From an uncultured virus (IMG/VR IMGVR_UViG_3300042466_000764) (Duplodnaviria > Heunggongvirae > Uroviricota > Caudoviricetes), in the IMG/VR virus record IMGVR_UViG_3300042466_000764: a DNA stretch of 64,000 bases. One strand, given 5' to 3'. How positions within the stretch are numbered: the stretch's first letter is position 1; the number at the start of each line of letters is the position of its first letter. Of this stretch, positions 47,897-58,100 are shown piece after piece. The position numbers and the translations under genes were made by a program. The notes beneath the pieces were generated by a model, which ran no database searches, was not told where the DNA came from, and was given only the letters and a program-made list of their open reading frames with translations.

Positions 47897-49729
47897 ATGG
47901 CAACAAGGATGCTACAACGTAGAGGAACTGCTACACAGTGGGCTAACGCTAACCCTACTCTGGGTTCTGGAGAAATTGGTTTTGAAACCGACACAGGACA
48001 ATTTAAAATAGGTGACAACTCTACAGCATGGGATGATTTGCCATACTTTAAAAATATAGAAGATCTAGGCGGAAACCTAGACGATTACATTTTATTAGAA
48101 CAAAAAGGTGCAGCAAACGGTGTTGCCACATTAGATGGAAGCAATTTAATACCTACAGCACAGATACCTAGTGGTATTGCTAGAACTGCAGATTACGTTG
48201 CATTAACACAAAAAGGTGCAGCAAACGGTGTTGCTACACTTGACGGAAGCAACTTAATTCCTTTAACACAAATTTCAAACAGCATTGCTAGATCTTCAGA
48301 TGTAAGTAACTCAATTTCAAACGCAATTGCAACCCTTGTAGGAACAGCACCAGAAGCATTAAATACTTTACAAGAAATTGCTAATGCAATTAATGATGAT
48401 CAAACTTATTTCTTCACCGTTGCCAATAACATAAATAACGCTTTAGATGCTGCTAACGAATATACAGATAACAGCATAAGCAATTTATCAGCAGACGTTA
48501 CAGAACAAATAGAATTATTAGCAAACAATACTGCAAATAATCTTGCAAACGCAGTTCAATCTTTACAATATGAAATTGGAAATGCTCAATCAGCAGCAGA
48601 AGATTATGCAAATGGTTTAGTAGATCAAGAAATATTAGATAGAGATACAGCAATTGAAGCAGAATCGTTTATATTAGGAAACACAATAGCAAACGCAATT
48701 ACAGATTTAGAAGAATACACAGATAATGCAATTTCAGATCATAATCTAGAAACATTAAATGTGCACGGTATATCAAATACAGCAACACTAGTTACTCTCA
48801 CACAGTTAGAAAATCATGAATCTGATACATCAAACGTACACGGTATCACAAATACCTTGGCAGTAGTTCTTACAGATGATGCAAGACTTTCTGATGCAAG
48901 AACACCACTTGATAACTCTGTTACAAATAACTCTATATCAGGAACAATCAATCAAGATAAAATCACAAACCTTGTAACAACACTAGGAAATCTAGCATCC
49001 CTTTCAGGAGCAGCCTTTACTGGTAACGTTTCAACAACTGGTAATTTAACAGTAGACGGAGATTTCACTGTAAGTGGATCTAACGTTCTTGTATCTGCAA
49101 CACAAATTCAAATCGAAGATACTTTACTACAACTTGGTCACACAAATGCTAACAACGTAACAGATCTAGGTTTGGTGGTTTCTTATAATGATGGAACACA
49201 AAAACATGCTGGTATCGTCAAAGACGTTACAGATAGCAAATGGAAATTGTTTGATGGTGTTACATCAGAACCTGGAACAACAGTTAACTTTGGACAAGGT
49301 TCACTAGATGTCTTGGCACTTTTGACACTTGAGGCAAACTCAATCACTGCAACATCAGATATCACTGCAAACGGAATCGTATTTGCAGACGGTACACAAA
49401 GATTAGAAGGTGTACCTTCACGGACACCTATTGTTCAAAAAACAGAAAGTTATACTTTGTCAGCATTGGCTGAAAGAGACAACTTGATAGAAATGAACAA
49501 TGCTTATGCAACAACACTAACTATTCCTCTTAACTCAGCAGTAGCCTTCCCAGTTGGAACATCAATTGATATTCTTCAAACTGGTGTAGGTCAAGTAACA
49601 ATTGCAGGAGACGCAGGGGTAACAGTAGATGCTACACCAGGTCTTAAATTACGCACACGGTGGTCATCATGCACTCTGTTTAAGAGAGCAACTAACACCT
49701 GGGTCGTATACGGCGATTTAAGTGCCTAA
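47897..49729 (+). CDS. long tail fibre (Mtd/hyaluronidase-type N-terminus, conserved C-terminal domain)
   Basis: QRRGTA.QW...NP.L..GEIGFETDT..FKIGD; two KGAANGVATLD repeats; C-terminus shared with 41125. Confidence 0.85.
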   Translation: MATRMLQRRGTATQWANANPTLGSGEIGFETDTGQFKIGDNSTAWDDLPYFKNIEDLGGNLDDYILLEQKGAANGVATLDGSNLIPTAQIPSGIARTADYVALTQKGAANGVATLDGSNLIPLTQISNSIARSSDVSNSISNAIATLVGTAPEALNTLQEIANAINDDQTYFFTVANNINNALDAANEYTDNSISNLSADVTEQIELLANNTANNLANAVQSLQYEIGNAQSAAEDYANGLVDQEILDRDTAIEAESFILGNTIANAITDLEEYTDNAISDHNLETLNVHGISNTATLVTLTQLENHESDTSNVHGITNTLAVVLTDDARLSDARTPLDNSVTNNSISGTINQDKITNLVTTLGNLASLSGAAFTGNVSTTGNLTVDGDFTVSGSNVLVSATQIQIEDTLLQLGHTNANNVTDLGLVVSYNDGTQKHAGIVKDVTDSKWKLFDGVTSEPGTTVNFGQGSLDVLALLTLEANSITATSDITANGIVFADGTQRLEGVPSRTPIVQKTESYTLSALAERDNLIEMNNAYATTLTIPLNSAVAFPVGTSIDILQTGVGQVTIAGDAGVTVDATPGLKLRTRWSSCTLFKRATNTWVVYGDLSA

Positions 49730-49760
49730 CGGTTTGATATAATAAGACTAGGGAGAGAAC

Positions 49761-51008
49761 ATGGCAATAGGTAAAAGAGCAGGTAAAAAGTCACAACAGG
49801 CTAATGACTTTTTAGAACCACAACAACCAACAATTACTTCAGCAACTAACGTTGGTACAGGTCGGGCTTTTAATAATGGTGCAGTTGATGTAGCATTTAC
49901 ACTACCAGCAAATTCTCCAGCAGCAACAGGTTTTACAGTGACTTCAAGTCCTGGATCTCTTACAGCAACAGGTGCAACTTCTCCGTTGCGGGTTACAGGA
50001 TTATCATCAGATACAAGTTATACTTTTACAGTTGTTGCAACTAATGCATCAGGTAACTCGATTGCTTCAGCAGCATCAAGTTCAGTAACTGTTACAACAG
50101 TACCTGCAACACCTGCAGCACCAAGTGCATCATCACCAAACGCTAATCAAGATGTAATTTCATGGAGTGCACCAGCAAACGGTGGATCAGCAATTACAAA
50201 TTATTACTGGGAATCAACCGACGGTAAAAATGGAAATACTGGAACAGGAACCAGTGCATCACTAGGACAAGAAGCAGGAACAGCACAACAGTACAAAGTT
50301 CGGGCAACTAATGCTAACGGAAACTCAGAATTTTCTGCACTATCAAATTCAGTAACAACTACATTTTCTTTCGTACCTTTTGGTGTGTTTGGTTTCTCAC
50401 CTTTCTCAGTATTTGGTTTCTCACCTTTTAACGTGTTTGGTTTCTCCCCATTTAGAGTGTTTGGTTTCTCACCATTTAGAGTTTTTGGTTTCTCACCAAC
50501 ATACTTCTGTATAGATGAAGATGCACCAGTTCTTACAAAAACTGGAAATAAAAAAGCAAAAGATATTAAAGTTGGAGACACCTTAATAACAAAAACATTT
50601 GATCAATTACCAGTAGGACATTTTGCAGAAGTTATTATGTGGATGGGTATGGGCGGACTTACTAATTATAGAGATATTGAGTCAACAGTCACAGAAATAG
50701 TTCCAAGTGTGGTAGAAGAAACAGTTATTATTAATAATAATCCAGACATGAGATTTTCAACTATGGAAGATATTCTTACAGTTAAAAAAAATGTGTATAA
50801 GTTTATTCCTTCAAGAGAAATTAAACCTGGAGATACCTTAGTAACAAAAGACTCTTTAATGGTAGTAGAAAATGTTGAAACAGTTAATGAAACTAGAACA
50901 GTATACATGTTTTCTAGAGATCCACTTGGCTTAGTTGTAGCAGGAAACCTGTTATGCTATAGTTCTTATGCTCTTACACAAGACTATTTAGGTTTACCTA
51001 CAACCTAA
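49761..51008 (+). CDS. 2x FN3 + (VFGFSPFx)5 repeats + Hint/intein-like domain
   Basis: FN3 motifs (VTGL....YTF.V.A.N..G; W.APANGGSAIT.Y); CIDEDAPVLT...VY.F...GNLLCY. Confidence 0.8.
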   Translation: MAIGKRAGKKSQQANDFLEPQQPTITSATNVGTGRAFNNGAVDVAFTLPANSPAATGFTVTSSPGSLTATGATSPLRVTGLSSDTSYTFTVVATNASGNSIASAASSSVTVTTVPATPAAPSASSPNANQDVISWSAPANGGSAITNYYWESTDGKNGNTGTGTSASLGQEAGTAQQYKVRATNANGNSEFSALSNSVTTTFSFVPFGVFGFSPFSVFGFSPFNVFGFSPFRVFGFSPFRVFGFSPTYFCIDEDAPVLTKTGNKKAKDIKVGDTLITKTFDQLPVGHFAEVIMWMGMGGLTNYRDIESTVTEIVPSVVEETVIINNNPDMRFSTMEDILTVKKNVYKFIPSREIKPGDTLVTKDSLMVVENVETVNETRTVYMFSRDPLGLVVAGNLLCYSSYALTQDYLGLPTT

Positions 51009-51050
51009 TCGTTCCTATGATACAATAGTTATAAATAGATAGGAAAAATA

Positions 51051-51716
51051 ATGCAACAAGGTCCACCACCAGAACTACGTGGTATTCAGCAATCAACAAA
51101 ACCACATAAGTTTTTTGAAAGACATTTAAATAATGATTTAGATTTACTTGCAAATGAATTAATTGATAGATATCAAATGATTGAAAAGGTAGAATTAGAT
51201 GGCATTACGCCAGTAAACTCTAAAGACTTTTGGCAAGAGTCAGGCAGTGTTTCTACTGTAAAGTGGAGAGAATATAATGTATTTCAATTTCATATTGAAG
51301 GTATCTATGAGTTATATAAAAATATTCAAGATATGACTAAAGAGGCTTGCGAATATTACGAAATAGATTTTGAGAAAAAACAGTTTATGCTTCAAGGATG
51401 GTTTAATATTAATTATACCAAAAAAGGAAAGTTAAATTGGCATGATCACGGACACACAGGTGCCCCAGATAACTTTCATGGTTACTACTGTGTAAAAGCA
51501 GAACCTTCAACAACTTACTACAGAGTGTTTGGTAAAGATATTGAAAATAAAAATATAGATAACCGTGCTATATTTTCAGAAATGGGTCATCCACACGCTC
51601 AAGGCGATTGGGATTGGGAAGGTCCAAGAATAACCGTTGCATACGACGTTATGACACTAAAAGATTTAAAACATGTAGGTAAAGAACACGAACAACACTG
51701 GATTCCATTGATATGA
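51051..51716 (+). CDS. 2OG-Fe(II) oxygenase-like
   Basis: QGWFN...WHDH...FHGYY.V.AEPS.TYY...HPH...PRIT.AYD. Confidence 0.7.
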   Translation: MQQGPPPELRGIQQSTKPHKFFERHLNNDLDLLANELIDRYQMIEKVELDGITPVNSKDFWQESGSVSTVKWREYNVFQFHIEGIYELYKNIQDMTKEACEYYEIDFEKKQFMLQGWFNINYTKKGKLNWHDHGHTGAPDNFHGYYCVKAEPSTTYYRVFGKDIENKNIDNRAIFSEMGHPHAQGDWDWEGPRITVAYDVMTLKDLKHVGKEHEQHWIPLI

Positions 51717-52342
51717 TGAATCAAAAACCACAACATAAGTTTTTTGAAAAATATTTGCAAAACGATCTACCAGGATTAACAAAATATCTTTTAAGAGTTG
51801 AAAAAGATTTATTTGATGGGGTATATCCCAAAGTAACAAAAGAATTTGCAGCCACTGTTCCTGGAGTTCACCATTTAGGCACAAGGTTTAATGTTTTTCA
51901 ATGCTATAATCCAGCAATACATAATATTTTTTCTGCAATACGTGAATTAACAATAGAAGCATGTGATTATTATGGTATTGATTACAAAAAACAACACTAC
52001 ATGGTTCAGGGATGGTTTAATACAGATGCAATGGCAGAGCCACCGCTTAATGAGGATACACATTATCACGATCATTTGGGTGGTACTGGTGCTCCTAATT
52101 TTCATGGATATTATTCTATAGATGCAGAACCATCAGTTACATACTATAAAATTGGTGGACATGATGCAACACCAATTGAAAACGTTAATAAAAACAATAG
52201 AGTGATCTTGTCTGAAACTGGACACCCACATGGTATTGGTGCTTGGCCTTTTGATAAACCAAGAATTACTCTTGCCTATGACGTTTCTCCTTTTATGTAT
52301 ATGAGTGGTGACGAACTTCAACACTGGGTTCCGCTACCGTGA
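51713..52342 (+). CDS. 2OG-Fe(II) oxygenase-like, tandem paralog
   Basis: Same motifs as 51051. Confidence 0.7.
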   Translation: MMNQKPQHKFFEKYLQNDLPGLTKYLLRVEKDLFDGVYPKVTKEFAATVPGVHHLGTRFNVFQCYNPAIHNIFSAIRELTIEACDYYGIDYKKQHYMVQGWFNTDAMAEPPLNEDTHYHDHLGGTGAPNFHGYYSIDAEPSVTYYKIGGHDATPIENVNKNNRVILSETGHPHGIGAWPFDKPRITLAYDVSPFMYMSGDELQHWVPLP

Positions 52343-52557
52343 ATAAGTTGATCTGTTTTGTTATTGGACATAAATTAAGTTCAACTACATGTCCTTATAC
52401 TAAAAACACATACACGTTATGTGAACGTTGTAGTCCAAAACAACATACAGCAATGTCATTTCACTAACGCACAAATAAAATAAAAGTAGTGTTTTTAATT
52501 TTAATAAACTCTGCTATACTTAGTACTTATTCAATTTCATTTAATTAGGAGAAATCA

Positions 52558-54588
52558 ATGTCAGACTTTTTTAGTTTTAAACTTCCAGAGGATTTTGTAA
52601 CAAAATACACAACCATGGATAGTCCATTTGGATTTAACGATGCTGGAAACAACTCATTAGGTGAAATTACTTTTATAAGAACCTATTCCCGCGTCAAAGA
52701 AGATGGAACTAAAGAAAGATGGCACGAAGTTTGTAAGCGTGTAATCGAAGGCATGTATTCAGTACAAAAGAATCATGCAAAAGAAAATAGACTACCTTGG
52801 AATGACTATAAGGCTCAAAAGTCTGCTCAAGAAGCATTTGATCGTATGTTCAATCTTAAATGGACACCACCAGGTCGTGGTATGTGGGCTTTTGGAACCC
52901 CCATGACAATGGAAAAAAGGAACTCTGCAGCCCTTCAAAACTGTGCCATGGTATCTACTAAGGATCTTGATAGAAACGACCCAGGGGCACTGTTTGCGTG
53001 GGTTATGGACGCTCTCATGCTTGGTATTGGGGTTGGATTTGATACCGTTGGACAAGATAAAGAATTTTCAATATATGCACCATCAGAAGTTGATTCAATT
53101 TATGAAATTCCAGACACTAGAGAAGGTTGGGTAGAGTCTGTTAGATTATTATTAAACTCATACCTAAGAACAGGTCAAGCAAAACAAAAATTTAATTATG
53201 ATTTAATAAGACCTTTTGGTTCTCCAATTAAAGGATTTGGCGGGGTAGCGTCAGGACCAGAACCATTAATTAAATTACATAATCAAATTGATAAAGTAAT
53301 TGGTGGAAGAATTGGTGAAAAACTTGATGCCAGAGCAATAGTAGATATAATTAACTTAATTGGAACATGTGTGGTTTCAGGAAATGTTCGTAGATCAGCA
53401 ACTTTAGCACTAGGTTCTGCTGGAGATAAAGACTTTATTAATTTAAAAAATCCAGAGGTTTTTCCAGAAAGAAATTCATTTGATTTAAATAATCCAGGTT
53501 GGGCTTGGATGTCTAATAACTCTATTTCAGCAACAGTTGGAACTAAGTATGAAGACTATGTAGATTTAATAGTTAATAATGGAGAACCAGGTTTTATTTG
53601 GTTAGATGTTGCTAGAAATTACGGTAGATTGAAAGATCCAGCAGATGGAAAAGACTATAGAGTAATGGGATTTAACCCATGTGCTGAACAACCATTAGAG
53701 TCATATGAGTTGTGTACATTGGTTGAGGTTCATTTAAATAGACATGAAAATAAAGAAGATTTCTTAAGAACTTTAAAGTTTGCATATCTTTATGGTAAGA
53801 CGGTAACTCTTGTTCCAACACATTGGCAACAAACAAATGGAATTATGCAACGCAATAGAAGAATTGGAACATCGCTTACAGGCATTGCTTCCTTTTCAGA
53901 CAAACATGGTTTGCCTATAGTTCGTGAATGGATGGATGAGGGATATTTAAATATTAAAAAATATGATCATCAATATTCAGAATGGCTTTGTGTTCGTGAA
54001 TCAATAAGAGTCACAACAGTAAAACCATCAGGTAGCGTAAGTATTCTTTCTGGTGCAACTCCAGGAGTTCACTGGGGTCCAGGTGGAAAGTTCTTTATGA
54101 GAGCAATTAGATTTGGTGAATCTGATCCTATGATTCATTTGTTTAAGGCTGCTGGATATAAAATAGAAGATGATGTTGTATCTGCAAATACAAAAGTTGT
54201 ATATTTTCCAATTGCTTCAGAACATGAAAGAGCAGAAAAAGATGTTAGTCTTTTTGAAAAAATTGCACTTGCTGCAACTGCTCAAAAATATTGGTCTGAC
54301 AATGGGGTGTCTGTAACCCTTTCATTTGATAAAGAGACAGAGTCTAAGCATGTTGCTCCAGCACTACACATGTACGAAGGACAATTAAAGGCTGTATCGT
54401 TTTTGCCAATGGGAAACACGGTATATCCACAACAACCTTATACAGAAATTACAGAGGAAGAGTATAATAGTTATGTGGGACAGATTGCTAAAATCAACTG
54501 GGACGCTATCTATGATGGAGTAGAGAATCTAGAAGCACAGGGTGAGGCATACTGCACTACAGATGTATGTGAAATAAAGGTAGGTTAA
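52558..54588 (+). CDS. nrdJ: class II (B12-dependent) ribonucleotide reductase
   Basis: PPGRG.W; NC; GNVRRSA; NPCAEQ.L...ELC.L; TTVKPSG; C-terminal C..D.C. Confidence 0.93.
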   Translation: MSDFFSFKLPEDFVTKYTTMDSPFGFNDAGNNSLGEITFIRTYSRVKEDGTKERWHEVCKRVIEGMYSVQKNHAKENRLPWNDYKAQKSAQEAFDRMFNLKWTPPGRGMWAFGTPMTMEKRNSAALQNCAMVSTKDLDRNDPGALFAWVMDALMLGIGVGFDTVGQDKEFSIYAPSEVDSIYEIPDTREGWVESVRLLLNSYLRTGQAKQKFNYDLIRPFGSPIKGFGGVASGPEPLIKLHNQIDKVIGGRIGEKLDARAIVDIINLIGTCVVSGNVRRSATLALGSAGDKDFINLKNPEVFPERNSFDLNNPGWAWMSNNSISATVGTKYEDYVDLIVNNGEPGFIWLDVARNYGRLKDPADGKDYRVMGFNPCAEQPLESYELCTLVEVHLNRHENKEDFLRTLKFAYLYGKTVTLVPTHWQQTNGIMQRNRRIGTSLTGIASFSDKHGLPIVREWMDEGYLNIKKYDHQYSEWLCVRESIRVTTVKPSGSVSILSGATPGVHWGPGGKFFMRAIRFGESDPMIHLFKAAGYKIEDDVVSANTKVVYFPIASEHERAEKDVSLFEKIALAATAQKYWSDNGVSVTLSFDKETESKHVAPALHMYEGQLKAVSFLPMGNTVYPQQPYTEITEEEYNSYVGQIAKINWDAIYDGVENLEAQGEAYCTTDVCEIKVG

Positions 54589-54590
54589 GT

Positions 54591-55121
54591 ATGGAAGATT
54601 TAAAGTCTCAAATTAAGTACATTAAAGGATTCATGGATCCTCAAGAAGCAGGTTTGGTAGCAGATTATGCAAAAAAACATTCTGAACTATTTTCTAACTA
54701 TGGTAACGAAGAACAAGAGTTTACCGTTCACACCTATCATGAAATAGAAGGTTTGGATAGCGACTTACTGGATACAATTCAAGAAACTGCGTTAATGGTT
54801 TATTCTTTTGTTTTAAATAACTACCAATCTAAGTTTGATCACTTTATTGATGAAAAAACTCATATAGCAAAATTTGTTGAAGGAAAAGGTATGCACGAGC
54901 ATTTTGATGCTTCAAGACCAAATGATATAGCAACTTTAATTTATTTAAACAATGACTATGAAGGAGGAGACATTTACTTTCCAAAATATGAAATGTCTTT
55001 TAAGCCAGAGCCTGGAGATTTGTTATGTTTTCCAGATAATCCAGATTTTGTTCATGGTGTTAAGCCAATAATTAAGGGAACAAGGTTTACATTACCTCGT
55101 TGGTTTACACGTATTGTGTGA
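54591..55121 (+). CDS. 2OG-Fe(II) oxygenase
   Basis: HFD...YLNNDYEGG.IYF...HGV..I.KG.RF. Confidence 0.9.
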   Translation: MEDLKSQIKYIKGFMDPQEAGLVADYAKKHSELFSNYGNEEQEFTVHTYHEIEGLDSDLLDTIQETALMVYSFVLNNYQSKFDHFIDEKTHIAKFVEGKGMHEHFDASRPNDIATLIYLNNDYEGGDIYFPKYEMSFKPEPGDLLCFPDNPDFVHGVKPIIKGTRFTLPRWFTRIV

Positions 55122-55142
55122 TAAAATAGACTAGGAGAACCT

Positions 55143-58100
55143 ATGTCTAACCCATCAAATCTTTATGCAGAAAAAATTTTTTCAGAGCATCCAGTAGCAT
55201 TGTGGGCATTAGACGATAAATCAGACTATGTAATGTTGTTAAACAATACAGATAAAGATATTAGTCTTTGGGACATAACTAATGGCACTATTTCAGAAGA
55301 AACAAGTTTGCCAACTCAACCATTTATTTCTGAATCATTATATAAAATGGTTGGTGTACCCTCAACAACATTAGACAAAGTTGCTACATTAACTAGCAAT
55401 AATGTTATAAATTTTTTAGATTTTAACTCAGATTTAGATACCTTTGTTTTATCTTGTTATTTTTATTCAAACAGTTTACACTTAAAATCTGTGGCGATAG
55501 GTTTTAAATATACAGATGTAAGTACTAGCGAATCTGTAGAAGTTTTAAAAAACGTACCAATATCAGTAAGTGGAAAATGGTTTTTACTATCAGAAACATT
55601 TAAAAAAATAAACCAAAATACAACAATGCAAGTGGTAATTAAGATAGGATATTCAGCAAGTTTAAGCGGTAGCGAAGAGTACGAGTTTTTGCTTAATGGA
55701 TTATCTTTGGGTCAATGGTCTGAAGAGTTTAATAATTATTCTATGGGTTCAGAAATAGTTTCTATACCAACCGATATATCAATAGAGTCATCAGATGGAA
55801 TTATTGCAAAATCATATGGATCTGACATAAATTATGGATATTATTTAGCAAATAATAATAAGATATATGCACAAAACTTTGGGGTACCGTTAGTTTATGG
55901 TGCATCAAATGTTACTAAACTATATCCTAATATAAATGAAGACGAAACAGCAAAGCCATCTATAATTTTTCCAGGTTTTGGATTCTTAAACGAGTTTGGC
56001 AGGTATAGTACATATACCGTAGAAATGTGGTTAAGGTTTGGGGTTGACACCTTAGAAAGTAAAAGAATATTTGGACCAATTAACTCTAATGATGGTTTGT
56101 ACGTTGATGATTGCTTTTTAACATTAGTTATTGGAAATCAATTTAAATCAATATATGTTGGTGAATGGTCAAGACCAATGTTAGTTCAAATAGTTTATTC
56201 TGAAAGCAAAGTATTTTTATTTTTAAATGGAGAAAAAGTTATTGATATTGACATAGATAATTCAACGATAACATTGTTACCTAAGTTAGATGAGTCTGAT
56301 AAGGATCAAGATTGGTTAGGGTTCTATTGCTATACAGATATATATCCATTTGAATTAGATTGTTTTGCAATATATCCTTACGTTGTTCCAGAAATAATTG
56401 CAAAAAAGAGATGGGTTTATGGACAAGCAGTTAAATCTTCTGAGTCAATAGATTCTGCATATAGCGGAAAGTCAGCATTTATAGATTATTCATTTTCTAA
56501 TTATGGAACAAACTATGATTATCCTAATATTGGAAAATGGCAACAAGGAAAGATAGATAACCTAAATGTAACAAGTAGTTATTTAAGTAATCCAGATTAT
56601 AGTTTGCCAAATATAAATGTTGAAAATATTAATGACTGGTATGAAGAATTGTATACCCTACAAGACGAAGACTATCCATTTGTAACCTTCGCAGATCAAA
56701 ACGGCTCCTTTGTATTTGAAAATCTTAATATTTTAAATAATGATATTAAATCTTTTCATGGAATATTTAAAACAGCATCTTTGTTAAACTCAACTCTTGT
56801 TATGATTAAAAATAAAAATAACTCAGATTTCTTTAAAATATATACAACAGATAGTGGAGATATATTTTATAAAATTAATGTGTCTGGAACAGAAACAACT
56901 TTACATCAAACCCAATATGTGGTAGATCAATACTTAGAAATTGGTGTTGACCTAGAAAAAATAACATCACACTTTGGAAAAAATATTGCCACTTTCTTTG
57001 GCAATAAGAATGCTTTAAAGTTAATACTTTTAAATAATGATAGCAATGACTCTTGCTTTAGTCAAAAAATGTATAGATTTGGATTTTCAACAAAAAATAA
57101 TCACAAGTTATTTTCTACGCATTTTGAGAATAATGGAATACTTGAAGATAATGGCAACATTAATGCTCATATGTTTAACGATTTAGCAAGTTATACATTA
57201 ATGCCATCGGTTAGGTATGGCAAGTATTATTTGGATATAGGTGTTTCTGGATACTGGGAAGACTATGTGCCATTAAAGTATTTTGCAAAGTATATAACAA
57301 ACTCATCTGGTAAAAAAGAGTATGGTTTAGATTATATTCAATATAACATCAATTTTCCTTCACCTTCTATCTTTAAACCAGTAGAAGACGCTGGTGGATG
57401 GACATATGGTAACCTAAATGCACTATTTGCAGCACCTTTGCAACAAACATATGAGGTGTTAGATAACTCTCTTTTTACAGGATATAATAATTATGATGAT
57501 TTACAATATAACAGATCAGATTTAAGTTACGAATACGACTCTGTAAATTCTTTAGTAAAGTCCTATGTGTCTTTTCAGTTTACAACTACTGGATTAAATA
57601 AAAAGTTTGAGTCTTTTACTACTGTTGCACCAGCACTAAAGAGTGGTATTTTAAATCTTGATAACTATCCAGATTGGCAAAACACAATATTTTTAGTACA
57701 AAACGATACTATTATTTACCCACCATCTTCAGTAAAATTTGAAGATCTAGCAATATCAGTTCATTTAGATTTTTCTGTAAAGTCAACTATTAATAGAAAG
57801 ATAAAGATTAAGAATCTAGAACTATCATCTAGGTCTTTAGACGAGGATGCTTCTACACCCATTAATACCAAGTCTGGCACTAAGTTATACCCATATATTA
57901 AAAATGGAATATATAACGATTATAAAGGCAAAAATCCAATTAGTATTTATAAAAAATCTAATCCGTATCTACATTTAACCAGGTACTCTGGAATCAAATT
58001 AAAAGGTGATTTTAACTCTTATCAAAATAGAGGCATTAGTATGCTAATAAATGAAAACAAAGACTCTTTATTTTCTGTATCTACCATTCAACTTGCAATT

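Noticed and set aside
42037..50510. Diversity-generating retroelement (TR/VR pair; Mtd-like N-terminus at 47897)
   Set aside because: Both repeats are coding, differences are mostly synonymous rather than adenine-specific, and there is no reverse transcriptase in the window
50204..50581. Minus-strand ORF with GEKPNTL repeats
   Set aside because: Reverse-frame shadow of the FGFSP repeats
52440..54588. Cobalamin riboswitch or intein associated with nrdJ
   Set aside because: The leader is too short and AT-rich, and the ORF length and motifs are continuous with no insertion
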